Program-made: the position numbers and the translations under genes | Shown: positions 51,012-64,000 of the stretch, in pieces | How the letters are laid out: each line of letters begins with the position of its first letter | Numbering within the stretch: position 1 is the first letter of the stretch | Source of the DNA: Lama guanicoe | Taxonomy: Eukaryota | DNA: 64,000 nucleotides | Reading direction: 5' to 3' | NCBI GenBank assembly: GCA_013239625.1 | Contig: MU054220.1 | Coordinates: 186,001-250,000, forward strand | Notes under the pieces: model-generated | Databases searched by the model: none | What the model was told of the DNA's origin: nothing | The model's input: only the letters and a program-made list of their open reading frames with translations

Positions 51012-52962
51012 TCCTTTACAGATCGCAAACATCAGAACTTTTTTGAAATCACCTGATGCTCAGATTCCCCACTTGGACAATCAATGACTGTGCCATCCGG
51101 AAAAGCTCAATGAGGAGGAAAATATAGAGAAATCTTTTTCTTTGCTATTTAGTTTTGAAGCTAATCAAAATTAGCAGTGCGATTTATCTTGAAAACTTTC
51201 TTATTGCCTCTTTGTGTTTCGCTTCACATCTTTAAGACAATAAACCCAAAAACTCAATGGAGAGAGGCAAGTATTCAAACTATGTTGGTCAGATATGTCC
51301 TGCTTTCAAAAATGTAGGCAAAAATGTAGGCTGCCACTTAGTTCCACTTTTTTTTTTGACATGATATAATACTAATTCAACAATATTTATCGTTCAAGAT
51401 CAATAGATTAATCCATTCCTGCACACTTTCCTACATTCAATAAATATAAATTACTTACGACTCTGTGAATATTATATACAGATAAATAGATAACTGATTA
51501 TGTTTTATATAAAAAGTTTTGCCACTTATAAATTCAAAAGCCTATAAATTCATAAAAGATATAATGTACTTATACTTTAAAGTAATACATACCAAATGAT
51601 TTATGACTAAAATTGTTTATAAGACAAAAGAAGCAAAAATCAAGTAACACACACACAAAACTTAAACAACAATCACAAATAAAAATTTTTTAAAACTCAC
51701 TATCAACCACCACCTTGATGTAATGAAAGACTCAAAACTATACAGCTTAGATAGTCTACCTTTAAAGCATATTCATTTGAAGCTACTTTACTCAAGCACA
51801 ATGGAGTTGCAGTGGTAAGAAGCAACAACTTGTAGCAAAAGCTGTCCTGAGCTCTGGGAATCAAGTTTCTGTGTGCATGCTCGGCTTTTGTAATGGACAG
51901 GAAGCAGTGAGGAAATCAAGGAAAATAGAAAATAATTCTTTAAATATTCTTATTGGAATTATAAAATAAAAATGGATCTAAAAGATTTCCAGAAACTATT
52001 ATTAATAAGATTGGAGAGAAATGATTTTCCTTGTACTATAGATAAAATACATTACAATTCTCAGATATTCCACTTCCCGTAGAATATCTTGAATTTTCCA
52101 GAAATGTGCAAGTAACTTTAAGTTATGATACGAACCAAATATTAAATACATAAACATACACACAGACATGAAAATATTGAACTTAGGTATTATGTAAATA
52201 GTGTCCCTTTTCCACAAAATGGGAAGAAAATCTTTGAAAGATAAATTCACCACAGGTTAAGAAACTGTTTTCTGGCTATTGGGGAATGATATTGAAATCC
52301 TACAGCTGTTGTGAAGATAACAGGAAATATCAAAATTTTAAATAAACCTACATCACCATTTCCTAAATATACTCCCAGTTAAGTGAAGTACAGACAAAGC
52401 AGAATTTCTAGAGAAGACCAGGTTTTCATGATTCTTAAAGGATTTATTGTTGAAAGTAGAGCATTTTTATGTTTGCTTCTTTTTCTTTTGGGGCACAACA
52501 TAGCTCATTGTGTAGATGGGGACCTCAGATGTTCAGAGGTTGGATCATTAGCCTCTTTTCTGATCCCTTGAGACTGGTAATAATCAGAGCTGCCGGTCTT
52601 CTCAACAGTTGTTCAGTAGATAATTCTGCTCTTACTTTGATAAAATATTCTCCTTTCTACAAATAACACAATTTTAAAAATGGATGTGTTCTCTAAAACT
52701 CAAACATTTAGAATAAAGGCACAACGCAGACAAACAATTACGGAAACGAAAAAAGTATGTTGCAATGACATAGAGCTACTCAGACAAGTGTTGAAATGTT
52801 CTAGTAGATGAAACAGCTGAAGCTGTCTCTCTTCCTATAAAATGGGAGCATTCATACATGCTTTATCTATCTCACTGATTCATTGTGAAATTGATATAAA
52901 TTCATAATTGTAAATCATCATACTCCAAAAACTTTATCATTTATATTAAAGTTTTATGAGAA

Positions 52963-53180
52963 GGGAATTTGAGATTTGCAAATAACCACTATACATAAAA
53001 AGAGATAAAAAACAAATTTCTTCTGAATAGCACAGGGAACTATATTCAATATCTTGTAATAACCTTTAATGAAAAAGAATATGAAAGTATGAAAATGAAC
53101 ATATGTATATGCATGAGTGGGACATTATACTGTAACTGACTGTACTTCAATTTTAAAAAATTAAATAAATAAAATAAAAT
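52963..53180 (+). mobile_element. 5'-truncated L1 3' end (artiodactyl/camelid type)
   Basis: 'tagcacagggaactatattcaatatcttgtaataacc...actgactgtacttcaatt' plus an A-rich tail, imperfect TSD agttttatgaga / agttttatcaga. Confidence 0.85.
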
Positions 53181-54839
53181 AGTTTTATCAGAGATTACAC
53201 ATAAAAATTAATTGTATAATCTTTTAGATTATTTATATAAAAGTGTATGATTTTCTTCTCTCTAATAATTCAATAAGCATCAAGGAGATGCAGGTTGTGT
53301 CTTACGAGTCTCTTATATCTGTCATTCTACTGAATTAGTAGACTCATAATAGTGTGGGAATTCTGCACATATTTCACATTTGTTTATTAGCTTTTTACAT
53401 AATTTTATATTTAGCACTCAATTATGCAAATAATATATCCATTATTTATGTGTTTGGGAGAGGGTAGTAGATAGTTTTGTTAAGCTCTGTTGTTAACTCA
53501 TTACCATTTCTTAGGCATTTTAGCATAAAAAGAGAGTAACATATATGCAGATAGATAAAATAATGGACTTGTGTCAATCCAAATACTGCACAAAATTCAA
53601 AGAATTATGACAAAATTACATACAGTTGTGAAGATACTGATACAACATGAGTGTCCTTAGATACCAAATAGAAGATATTACCATGTCATAAGAGACCAAA
53701 AGACATTCAAAATCCAACAAAATAGTCCATGAAAAAAATAGAGTCAGGTATACAATGAGAGTGGGGTTGCAGATTCAAAGCAAGAAAAAAAAAAGCAATA
53801 TGATTAAATGCAATAAACTAATTCCTTTGTAATTTATGAAGGCATTGCTACAATAACTTTAACAAGGGACTGGTGTCAAAGGCAAAAACAATAATCCTAT
53901 ATGCTAGGCAAAAATCTCTTGGCTAATAGACAGCTTTAATCTTCTGAGATGGACTCTCTGACTTTTGTTAGTAGGTATAATTATTTCATGAATAAGTTTG
54001 TTTCACCCAAAGATAAAATGATAAACTTCAACTAATAAAACACAAAGTTTGAGAGACTTTGTAGATTAGATCATCAGACTGATATTTCTAAGAACAATTT
54101 CAGATACATAATTCAAAAATTGGCTTAGAGCTGTTTTATTGTTGTTGACAATAAAACAAAATTTGGAGTATGACTTCAGTTTTAAAGCAATCGGGATAAC
54201 TTAAAAACCCCATAATATTGTATTAATATGTAAGAAGTATTTATAATCGTGTGTTGATTTTATTTGTTGACCAGACACCTAGTAAGATAAAAAGAAAAAA
54301 AATTATAAATTAAATTTAAAATATTAAGAGTTTATTTACGTAAATCTGTGGCAGTCTTTAAGAGCTTTTACAAAAGTGATTGCTGCAATTACTAGTTATA
54401 TAATTAGAATATTATGTTTTGCAATTTGAATCAAAACTTAGCAAAAAAGTTGGTTGTTGCATTTGTTACAGCAAATCATTGCTTATTAAATAATAATACA
54501 GAAGATTTTATTTGTGTGTAGTTTTTTTCTGTGTGGAAAAGCCATTGCTGAGAACAGTAACTCATAATAAAAAAATATATATGGGGAATTATGTGTTCAG
54601 TATTCTGACACAGAATCACTATTCACATTAGTTAATTTTTTACTTCAGATGGATAATACTTGAAGTTTAATATACTGATAACTCATCAGTATATATTTTA
54701 TCAGTGTATTCATTGCTGATTAAAAGCTGAAACAATTGTTATATCCAGATACCAACGTATCATTTATAGAGCTCCAGTGACATTGCCTTTAAAATATATA
54801 CCTTTGTCTATGCTCTCATGAACTCTAATACTAAACAAG

Positions 54840-54906
54840 AAAGGGAGATGGAGAGAAAAAAGAAAGGAGGGAGAGAAGGAAGGAGGGATGGAGGAAGGAA
54901 GGGAGG
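54840..54906. repeat. Purine-rich (GGAA/GGGA) low-complexity tract
   Basis: Almost purely A/G on the + strand. Confidence 0.8.
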
Positions 54907-56504
54907 CTCCAGAGTCTTAGTTGTATTTAAAGATAAATTATAAGACAATAGTAGCCGAGAATGACATTAGAATTTCCCTACTATATATAAATACATTTTT
55001 CTACTTAGAACTAGATTTTTTTATTGACTTGCAATTCACAAAACGTAAATAGTGCTTGTTAATATAAAAAGCCAAATCAGATGAGTTTTTCCTCAGAAAC
55101 GACAGCAAGGTAAGACTTATCCAAGAGCGATTCTTTACAAGCCGTCCTATTGCAAAGTCACGTGAAAACCATGTACAGATCAGTTAAGGTAGGAAACCCC
55201 AGGGAGATGCTGAGAAGATGAGCTGACGTTCAGGCCACAGGCTCTGATGTGTCATAAAGCTTCAGCCTCATCAGTTGGACTCCTTGCCCTGATTAATCCA
55301 GGAAGAAGATGTTGTTCCTTTAAACACAGCTAAGATTTCTGACCAGCCAGCTGTCCAAAGTCATGTATTTGCAACTTTAAGGTTTGGAACACACACAGGT
55401 TCTCGATCTTGGTCAAATCATGGGAAGGGCTGATGTGTCCTCATTTATAAATGCTGGGGAGGCATCTTTGGGGGGCCACTCTGCCTACCGCAACCACCAA
55501 TGTGTAAACAGATTCCCTAGTCACTGGAAGAAGCTTCTGAGCAATGCCACAAGTCCTCACACTGCAGCCACAGATTTCAGCCCTATTTATGCAATTTTTA
55601 TATCCATGATGGAGATAGTAGTCCCTGGCTCATTGACTCACATGACATGTTATATCATGGACAATGTGTTCCTATAAGGTTAGTCTTCCTAAGTGAACAA
55701 ATGTTTACCCCTGTCAGGCACACGTGAACTCTGGGTTGCTAACTCAACTGGGCTCACTTTTCCAGGTCTTCTTTCCATGCCTCACAATCAAACTTTGACT
55801 TGAACACTAAGAGACAGCACTTTGCAGGTACGAAGAATTATAAAAGATCTAACTACGACTTCAACAGTGGTCTTTTTACCGGGACGGCAGTAAATGAGGT
55901 GACAAAAACAATTCAAGTCTGCCAAGCATGCTATGACAAATAGCCAAGAAGACCATCCAATTCTTGAGGGCAAGTGAATTTTCCTGGAACGCTTGGCCTG
56001 GAAAATGATATCCTTCAAAATTATTCTGTTAAGCTGCCAAGGAAGTATATGCATCCTGGCCAACAGATCACATTGTATCTAGATCAACAATGGCAGTCTC
56101 CTGCATTGGGGAAGGTCCAAATGATTGCTGAAAGTGTCCCATCAGGATCCTTGGACATCTTCTCTTGGAGGATTTTTAGATGGATTTGTCCCTGATTTAC
56201 TAAACTGCTTCCAGTTTGCCATACCTTTCTTTTCCTATACATTGAAAAAGTATATTTATACTATCCTAAATATGCATACCTGCGTCCCATAGCAATGTCA
56301 GGATTGTGCTCACAGTCATGTTTAGTAGAAATGGTGTGGATTACTGATACAGTAAGGTGTAAATCATGGAAGCCACTATTTGGGTGAGAAGAGAAGAATT
56401 CCAATTAAGGGTTAATTTGTCCAAAAGAAATCCCTCCTGGTTGCTTTTCTGTAAGCCTCTGAAAAGTATATAGAGTTGAGAAGTTAAGAAAATAAATTAT
56501 GATA

Positions 56505-56925
56505 AAATGCTATCATGGATTAAAGATGGCTGCAAATTCATTGACACTCTTCCTCTTGAATCCGGGTGGACTTGGTGACTTGTTTCCCCACAGGAGGGGT
56601 GTTCTGGATTGTCCAAGGCTAAGACGTGAGAAGCTAGCAGCATCAGCCTTGGTCTTTTGGAACACTTCCTCATGGACTACTCTGAGGCTGCTTTGAAGAA
56701 GAGAATGTTTGGAGAGTTTAAAGGGAGGTGTCCTAAGACTGCCTGTAAAAGAGATGTCCAGCCTACCCTCAGCTATTCCAGTCTGAGCTATTCAGGTGAT
56801 CCCAAAGGGCCCGCCAGGCACTGAAGAGCACAGAGACTTCATCCCTGCCCAGCCCTACCCACATGGCAGATTCCTGAGGAAAATGAATGGTTATTGTTTT
56901 CAGCCGCTTAAGTTTTGTGGCAGAG
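56505..56925 (+). mobile_element. MaLR LTR (MLT1F/G-like)
   Basis: 'aagatggctgcaaattcattgacactc...' start and 'aatggttattgttttcagccgcttaagttttg' end are typical of MLT1. Confidence 0.7.
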
Positions 56926-59900
56926 CATCATACCACCAGAACGAATGTGGAAGTGGCAGCTCAGGTCACATGTTCTGTCATTGTTCACTGCTGCCAGGCT
57001 TGGACCCCAGCCCTTGCTCACCTAGAGGTGTGGTGATGCTCCTGTGTGGCAATGCCAGCTTTTGGTCCCCCTTGCATGATCTCAATTGGACTTGTTTTTC
57101 AGCCTCAAGATCAAACTAAAGGAGAAGCTGGTGCCCCTGCAACTCATGAATTTTGAATTTGCAGAAAACAGCTGGAACCCAGGGCTTGGCCACGGCAAAT
57201 GGTTGTTGGATCCCATCCTCTGATCAGTGAAAGGAGAGGCTGTTCTTTCCCTAATAATATATTTTAAAAGCCATATATCCCAGTTCTCAATAGCAATGGC
57301 CAATCCAGCCAGATTAGTGTGCTTTACGTCACAATGAGGGGAATGATGAGAAGAGCACACCTCGCACTGCTTCTGTCTCTGCGAGGTGAGAAATACCTGG
57401 AGGGAGATGGTGTCAGGTCATTTTCCATTAGTTTCCACAAGAACACATGAAACAAAAATGTGATGATTTTGTAAAGCATAAAATACTTTATCTTCTCATA
57501 TAGGAAAAGTGATATGCTACCATATGGTAAAATCCTGGGGTTTTTAACACAGTGATGATTAAATTTTTATTTGTAGAAAATTTTGTATAACAACGCAAAG
57601 GAGCATGTATATATTTAATTAGAACTAATAGTGATATATCAGTTATAAATTGTGGCATCTCCTCTCCACCATACGTAGCAGTGTTTGTAGCCAACTAAAA
57701 AGAAAGTATGGATTCTCAACCAGTATTCACTCCAAACCTTTATCTTTACATTATCGTAGCAAACATTATCTCATGTGTTTCAAGAACATATTTTTTTATT
57801 TACTTCTGAGAAAATAATTTACTTACAAATGGGTTCCTTTGAAGACAAATATTTACTACACCCTTTAAGTATGACATATTTTTTAATCTGATGTTGCTAG
57901 GAAAATTGATATTTTTCAGATCATGTCATAGAGCTCATTTGCCCTTGACTTTCAAGTCTCAGCGAAGGGCAGTAAGATGTGAACCTGTTATATAGACTTT
58001 ACTTCTGACCTGAATTGGAGATGGTCATTGAAATGCAGACATTTTTCCAGTGATGTCATCGGTTTTAGTATTTTAGATTTGTACGTTGTGTTACTTTCTT
58101 ATGATTGAAATGTAACACAGTCTTACAGCATTCTCTCTCATCATAGACAGAAGCAGAAAAATCTAGTTCAATGTGACTGTCACAAATGTCCCACTGTATT
58201 CTGCCTTTCTCTCAACTCTGACTCACTTCACAAAATATATATGTATATATATATATATATAGTTTTCATTTTATGTGTTTAGTTTATTAAAAGTACATAT
58301 TAATTTTCTTTGTTTATGCATATTATCAAAGTACATCTTAGAAGTTAGGGAAATAATGCAGAACAAATAAAATTGCATCTGAGATGTTTTTACCAGATTA
58401 TTAATGTGACACATGATCAGGCAGTAATGTCACCCATGAGTTTCATTTGTGTTATGGACAAAAAATTAGAGTTGAGCAAGTTCAGCAGTTCTAAGCCTGG
58501 GATAATTTTGCCTCCAAAGGAATATTTGACAAAGTGGATATTTTCGGTTATCACACACGGGGAATGGGCCACTGAGACCTAGTGAGCAGAGACCAGGGAC
58601 TCTGCTAAACACCCAAAGTGTGCAACTTAGACCTTCCTCCCCTTCTTCTCCCAAGAAAGGAGAATTGGTCCAAAACGTCACTAGTGCTACTTTAAGAAAC
58701 TCTAGGCTAGATCAATTCTTTACAATTTTATAGTTTAGAATACACTGTAGTTTACTTATTTTAGACTAATTTATTTTCAAAAATGAAAAATAAGTCAAAC
58801 TTACAAAGCTCCCATTAAGGAAGCTGATTTGATTCTTCATGCAACCTTATGCGCATTAACACAATGGATGGATAGTTAGAAAAAATTCACTCATGATATG
58901 AAATCTCCTGAATGTTTTTAATTAGGAAAATACATTAAAATGAAAAGAATGACCAAAATAACCCATACATTTCAGAAACCACTCAAAAATAAGAACAAAG
59001 GAATAGCGTTGTACTCTGTACTCTGACATTTGTGTCTAGAGCAAGTGTTTTAACATGATGAAGGGACACTAAGTTAAATGTTAGGTTCCATTTTTTTTTT
59101 GGTCTCTGGCAGTATCTCAGAACATGCTTCACAGATATTTTTAAAATTCCTAATTTCTTATAGTTAATCAAACCCTAATTGTTGTCTTAAAATCAAATAG
59201 TAATATAATATTGGTAAAGTAATGAGCAACTATATGTCATTACATTGTGACAGACACAAAGAGTTTTACACATATTCTAGGAGATTTATACACATCTGAT
59301 CATTTAATTCTCAAATTATGCATTTACTAGTAGCTTTACATTTATTAATTCATCTACTCGTCAAAAAACAACCAATTTCAATGGGTAATTATTTTATCAT
59401 TTTCATTTACAAGATTACACCCAGTATAAATGAATCCAGGAATTTATATTTTTATAATTAGTACAAAATGCACAACATTATGTATTCACCTGTATGCATC
59501 TTGACAAAATAAAATGAAAATCAAATTGAGACTCAAGTATCCAAAGCAACCACAGAAAATGTCTAATTTAATCATTGCAATTGATCTCAGAGAAAGGAGT
59601 GTTCATGCTCCAATTGGTTTGCATTGTCAATTTACAGAATAAAATAATCAGGACAATCATTCACCTCTTCTTGACGATAAAGCCTCAAAGATTATGTCAG
59701 TAACATCTGGGCAAAAAATTAGTAATGGGCACAGCTTATAGTCTCCACGAGCTTTGCAAACGTGTTTGCTTTTCATACATACTTGCTGTGAATGCAATAG
59801 CAGGAGATCTATTAGAGCAATCAGTCCAGCCCAAAGAGAAGGAGTGTGCTATAGCCCCACTCTGCTCTAATATTAAAGAGACAATTGTTATGTACCTTCT

Positions 59901-60049
59901 GTCTCATTTCCTGAGTGTCAGTGAAACCACCATCACCTATGACAAATATGAGCAATATCAAATTTCCCTGATGGTAAATGTTCTGTAAGTGCAGAGTCCA
60001 GATTTATTTTCCCAAATGCCAAAAGTTAGGTCTACTCACTCATCCAGCC

Positions 60050-60260
60050 ATCCATCTGTCTATTCTATCCATTTGTTCATTCATTCATTCATTAAGTAGA
60101 TATGCAATGAGGATATACCACATACCAGGTGCCACATAGGTTTTGGGAAAATCCACCAAGATACATATTCCCAGCTGCCAAGAAGTTTCTAATATGGGTG
60201 AGTTCAGACAGATCAACAGATACCTTCAATGAAACACGATAAAGAATATAATAAATCAAT
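60050..60260 (-). mobile_element. L2 3' end, degenerate
   Basis: (CATT)n tail followed by 'taccatataccaggtgcc...'-like L2 text. Confidence 0.55.
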
Positions 60261-60498
60261 GTACAACATAGTTTAAGAACAGTAATTAGAGAGAAATTAC
60301 TATCATTTATTTTAATTCAGGATTGTTTCACAGAGCAGAATTTTGTAAGAGGACAAAAGCATTTTAAAGTATGAAAGATGAAAACTTATCTTTATGTCTG
60401 GAAAGTGGAAAGTGGTCAACACTTAAAATAGTTGACACATGGCATAATATTGATGAGATTGAAGTGGTTAGGCTGAGCCTTGAAAATTACTAAAGGAT

Positions 60499-61449
60499 TC
60501 AAATTCTTATCCAACTGAAAGTCCAGTTTCTGTCTAACAGCTTTTTGAGGGCATTTTTTACATCCTTGTTTCTGAAGCTGTAGATGATTGGGTTAACCAT
60601 GGGGAAGACAACAGTATAAAACACTGCAACTACTTTATCAGTGCCTAGGGAATAGCTGGTGGTGGGACGCAAGTACATGAACAGGAGTGTTCCATAGAAT
60701 AAGGTGACGGCTATGAGATGGGAAGCACAGGTGGAGAACGTTTTGCCTCTGCCACCTGAGGACTTGATGCCCAAAACAGTGATGAGGATCCAGAAGTAAG
60801 AGAGAAATATGACCACAAAAGTGCTGGTCTGGATGAAGCCACACAAGGCAAAGAGCAGAAGCTCACTGATATGGGTGTCTGCACAGGATAAAGCCAGCAG
60901 AGGTGGGATATCACAGAAAAAATGGTTGATGATATTGGAGCCACAGAATGGCAGCCTGAACGTAAGGCAGACGTGTACCATCGAAGTCACACTTCCGCTG
61001 ACGTATGCCAGCGCAACGCAGCAGAGACAGACTCTCCGAGACATAAGTGTTGAATAGAGCAGTGGATTGCAGATGGCAGCATAGCGGTCGAAGGCCATTG
61101 CTGCCAGGAGAAGGCACTCAGCATCAGCAAAACAGCCGAAGAAAAACATCTGCAGTGCACAGCCGTAGGGGGAGATGCTCTTCTTGGATGCTAAGAAATC
61201 CACCAGCATTTTAGGCGTGACGGCTGTGGAATAGCTGAAGTCTAAGAAAGACAAGTTGCTGAGGAAATAATACATGGGGGTGTGAAGGCTCGAGTCGATG
61301 TTAACTAGAATTATTAAGCCTATGTTTCCCATGACCGTGAGTGTGTATACTATGAGAAATACCAAGAATAGCGTGACCCTGAGAGGTAGGTAATCTGTGA
61401 ATCCAACAAGCAGAAATTCAGTTGGCATGGTATAATTACTCTCCAACAT
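60499..61449 (-). CDS. OR5AS1: Olfactory receptor 5AS1, 316 aa from the ATG at 61449 (an in-frame ATG at 61476 adds 9 aa)
   Basis: [51 protein letters not shown] and IYSFRNKDV match OR5AS1 as recalled. Confidence 0.92.
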   Translation of the reverse strand: MLESNYTMPTEFLLVGFTDYLPLRVTLFLVFLIVYTLTVMGNIGLIILVNIDSSLHTPMYYFLSNLSFLDFSYSTAVTPKMLVDFLASKKSISPYGCALQMFFFGCFADAECLLLAAMAFDRYAAICNPLLYSTLMSRRVCLCCVALAYVSGSVTSMVHVCLTFRLPFCGSNIINHFFCDIPPLLALSCADTHISELLLFALCGFIQTSTFVVIFLSYFWILITVLGIKSSGGRGKTFSTCASHLIAVTLFYGTLLFMYLRPTTSYSLGTDKVVAVFYTVVFPMVNPIIYSFRNKDVKNALKKLLDRNWTFSWIRI

Positions 61450-61701
61450 CTTCTTGGCTTTCTTGTTTTTCCTCATCCGACGTGGATGGTATCAGAACAC
61501 GTGAGTTGGCTTGAGTGATGGATGAACCAAGAATATCTTTATTCTTCCTTTTAAGGAAGCAAAATACAAGGATAATAAAACCACAGTTAGGACATTTTCC
61601 GTGATGCATTTGGCTTGTTTTCTTTTTTTGTCACTTCCTTTAAAATAGATAATTAAAAATCTTCACTGATTCCAGATAATGTTATTCAGTGCAGGTGTTT
61701 T

Positions 61702-61844
61702 AAGATGCAGTGATTTTTATTTTATTTTATTTTTTTACAGTAGGACTTTGTGGTTTATTTTACTTTATTTTATTTATACCAGAAATTGACACGTTGTTAA
61801 CTGACTGTACTTCAATTAAAATTTTTTTTAAAGATGCAGTGATT
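61702..61844 (+). mobile_element. Very short L1 3' insertion with an inverted 5' segment and a 14-bp TSD
   Basis: TSD aagatgcagtgatt at 61702-61715 and 61831-61844. Sense L1 terminus at about 61776-61820, antisense L1-like piece at about 61736-61760. Confidence 0.75.
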
Positions 61845-62084
61845 CTTTAAAAGATGTGCACGTTAAGAGATGATACTAACTCCTTTCAGGATGAAAGGGA
61901 ATAAATGTGGATAAGGCCTGGAAGAACTCGGAGAACTGGCGAGATCCTTATAGGCAAAGCTCTATATTTCCAATCCTAAAGTTACACTCTTCCACGTAAA
62001 GAAACATATAGCTGAGAAAAACTCTAGGGGGGAAGTGCTCACAGGTAAACTAGGTAAGTCTACAGAAGAGTATCTGTGATCTTG

Positions 62085-62200
62085 GGAGGTAGCTTAACAT
62101 AACAGTTAAGAGCACAGCAGGCATGCGAGAGGTGACTGGGTTCAAATCTTAGCTTTGTTACTTACTGGTTGCATGACCTTGATAAAGTTATTTAATCGCT
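62085..62200 (+). mobile_element. MIR SINE 5' part
   Basis: 'gttaagagcac...ctgggttcaaatcttagctttgttacttactgg...gaccttgataaagttatttaa'. Confidence 0.7.
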
Positions 62201-64000
62201 CTTTGATGGTTAGAAGAATAAACAAATAGATATTTGTAAAATATGTATGTAACTCTTACATAATAAACACTAATGAATATTTATTAAATAAAATTTATAA
62301 AACAAATCAATATATCCTCTTATTTCTTTTTAATTATTTACTCAATAGCTTGAAATACCCAGACAGTTGCCTCAAAAGTCATCTTATCTTTGGCATCATG
62401 GGTACTTGATCTATCCTCTTCCAAAGGGAAAAATCATTCTGTGTGTGTGTGCGCGTGCGCGTGCATCCTATGCAAATTAATTGTTTGGAAGCAGTAAATT
62501 GTTTACACAGCTGTATAGTGATTGCTTTCCTTTCTCTAGGTTTATGCCTCTTTCTTATGTCTGGGGTATGGATATGAAAATGTCTGATGTGAGGTCACAG
62601 GGACATTGTTTTGAAGGACAACTGTATCTCTGCACTTAACTAATGAACTTCTAAACTGAGACTATATGGGAAAAATACAGAGACAGAAAAATCACCAAGG
62701 AAAAAAATTATGACAGGTGCCAATGAAAAATTAATTATAGTTGATGGAATGTTCAGCAAGAAGTTAAAGATATGTACTTAAAGATATGTATCGTTGGGAG
62801 TGGCTTAAGTGTGTAACACTGTGGTGAGCAATAAGGCAAACGAATAACGGAGGTCTATTCTTCCTGCCGTGCATGGGGACTTGAGAATTTCCCCTCTCCC
62901 AATAATACGACCTGCAATCTTCTAGGTGCAAGGAGAAGAGAAGTCAGTCAGACTCATAGAAACTGATGCTGGACTTACTGATGAAGTTTAGCTTACTTAA
63001 TTTAGCTTAATTAATTAAGACTATTGGATTTCCTAAAATTTCCAAATAGGCGTAGTCACCTTTCCCATCATGGAAATAAGGAGCACCATGAATCAGGCAG
63101 TGACTTTTGGAAAGTGCCATGAGTAAGCTAAGGTCAGATTTCTGTTCCATAAACCCCAGTCACTCCTCCAGCTGCCCCGCCACCTCTCCCACACACACAA
63201 ATGTGGAAAAACCCTACAGAGTCAGTAAAGATACATTTTATCTATGGCAACATTATCTTTGCTACATTCACACCAGACATTTTGTTGAGGCTTTGGGGAA
63301 TCAGTCACCTACCTTAGCACCATCTGGAAGTTTGAATTGCAGAATTTATTTTGTGCAAGAAGCTGATAACATTTCTCTCCAGGTTTCATATGTAAGTCTT
63401 ACAAGGGATGAGTATTTATAGTCTGGTCTGTGGCAAGTGGGATCTTATCCCAAGATACTTCCCAGCCCCAGCAGATTTTGGATTGGCAATGATCTTCTTT
63501 CCAGTGGTGTGGCTTGAACGATTTTAATGAAGAAAAATGAAGAAGGAAAATGAACATAATTGACTATTATGTAGGCTGTTTCATCATTGCATGTGTCCTA
63601 CAGTGAAAGATCTAAGATGAAAAACAACAAAATTCCTTGTACTCTACCAGCCAATTAAAGAAAATCTGTAAATTTTATGATCTCTATCAGATACTTAAAG
63701 ATACTTTAAAGCATTTAGTTGTACAAGGGAATTCTGAAGTGCAAGGTCAGCACTACTGAGAGGAATCCCAGGCACCCTAATTTTAACTAGTTTCTCAATT
63801 TTCTGCGGGACTAAAAGGAAATATGCCTCCAGTGATAAGATGTCTTAGTTTTCTTTTGTAATTATATCAGTATTTACAGCAATATTTCTTAATACTTTAA
63901 AACGCAGTTCTAGATTTTAATTTTCTTTAAATTACTGGCAATGGTGTAGAGCCTGTATCTTAAGACTCCTAAGATAGACAGCATGGCGAATGGATAAATA

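Noticed and set aside
57358..57388. 9-bp inverted repeat cacctcgca/tgcgaggtg
   Set aside because: Short and isolated, with no supporting context.
3354..61117. Short antisense or alternate-frame ORFs overlapping OR genes
   Set aside because: Expected shadow ORFs from OR codon usage, with no independent evidence.
1..64000. Prokaryote-type systems (CRISPR, operons, defence islands)
   Set aside because: The sequence is mammalian. There are no regularly spaced repeat-spacer arrays or long non-OR ORFs.

Overview
Eukaryotic, AT-rich mammalian genomic DNA. The window is part of a class II olfactory receptor (OR) cluster of the OR5/OR8 families, the type syntenic with human chr11q12. It holds eight single-coding-exon 7TM OR genes, all with open frames: two head-to-head OR5T paralogs, then OR8H-like, OR8I2, OR5BE-like, OR5J-like, OR5AQ-like and OR5AS1 on the minus strand. 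The spacers contain old L1, L2 and MIR fragments, ERV and MaLR LTRs, a Tigger MITE, tiny L1 3' tails and four tRNA-derived SINEs that resemble the camelid Vic-1 type, so a camel, alpaca or llama source is likely (inference). I see no clearly new biological system. The most interesting structure is the OR5T pair: an old inverted duplication covering the promoter, non-coding exon, intron, CDS and 3' flank, with a gene-conversion tract in the central CDS and a different lesion in each copy. Other notable items are acceptor/donor overlap motifs (YAG|GTAAG), an OR with degenerate TM2/TM7 motifs, a recent 364-bp tandem duplication, a perfect EBF palindrome and a probable twin-primed micro-L1. Gene names come from recalled protein similarity and gene order, not from a database search.
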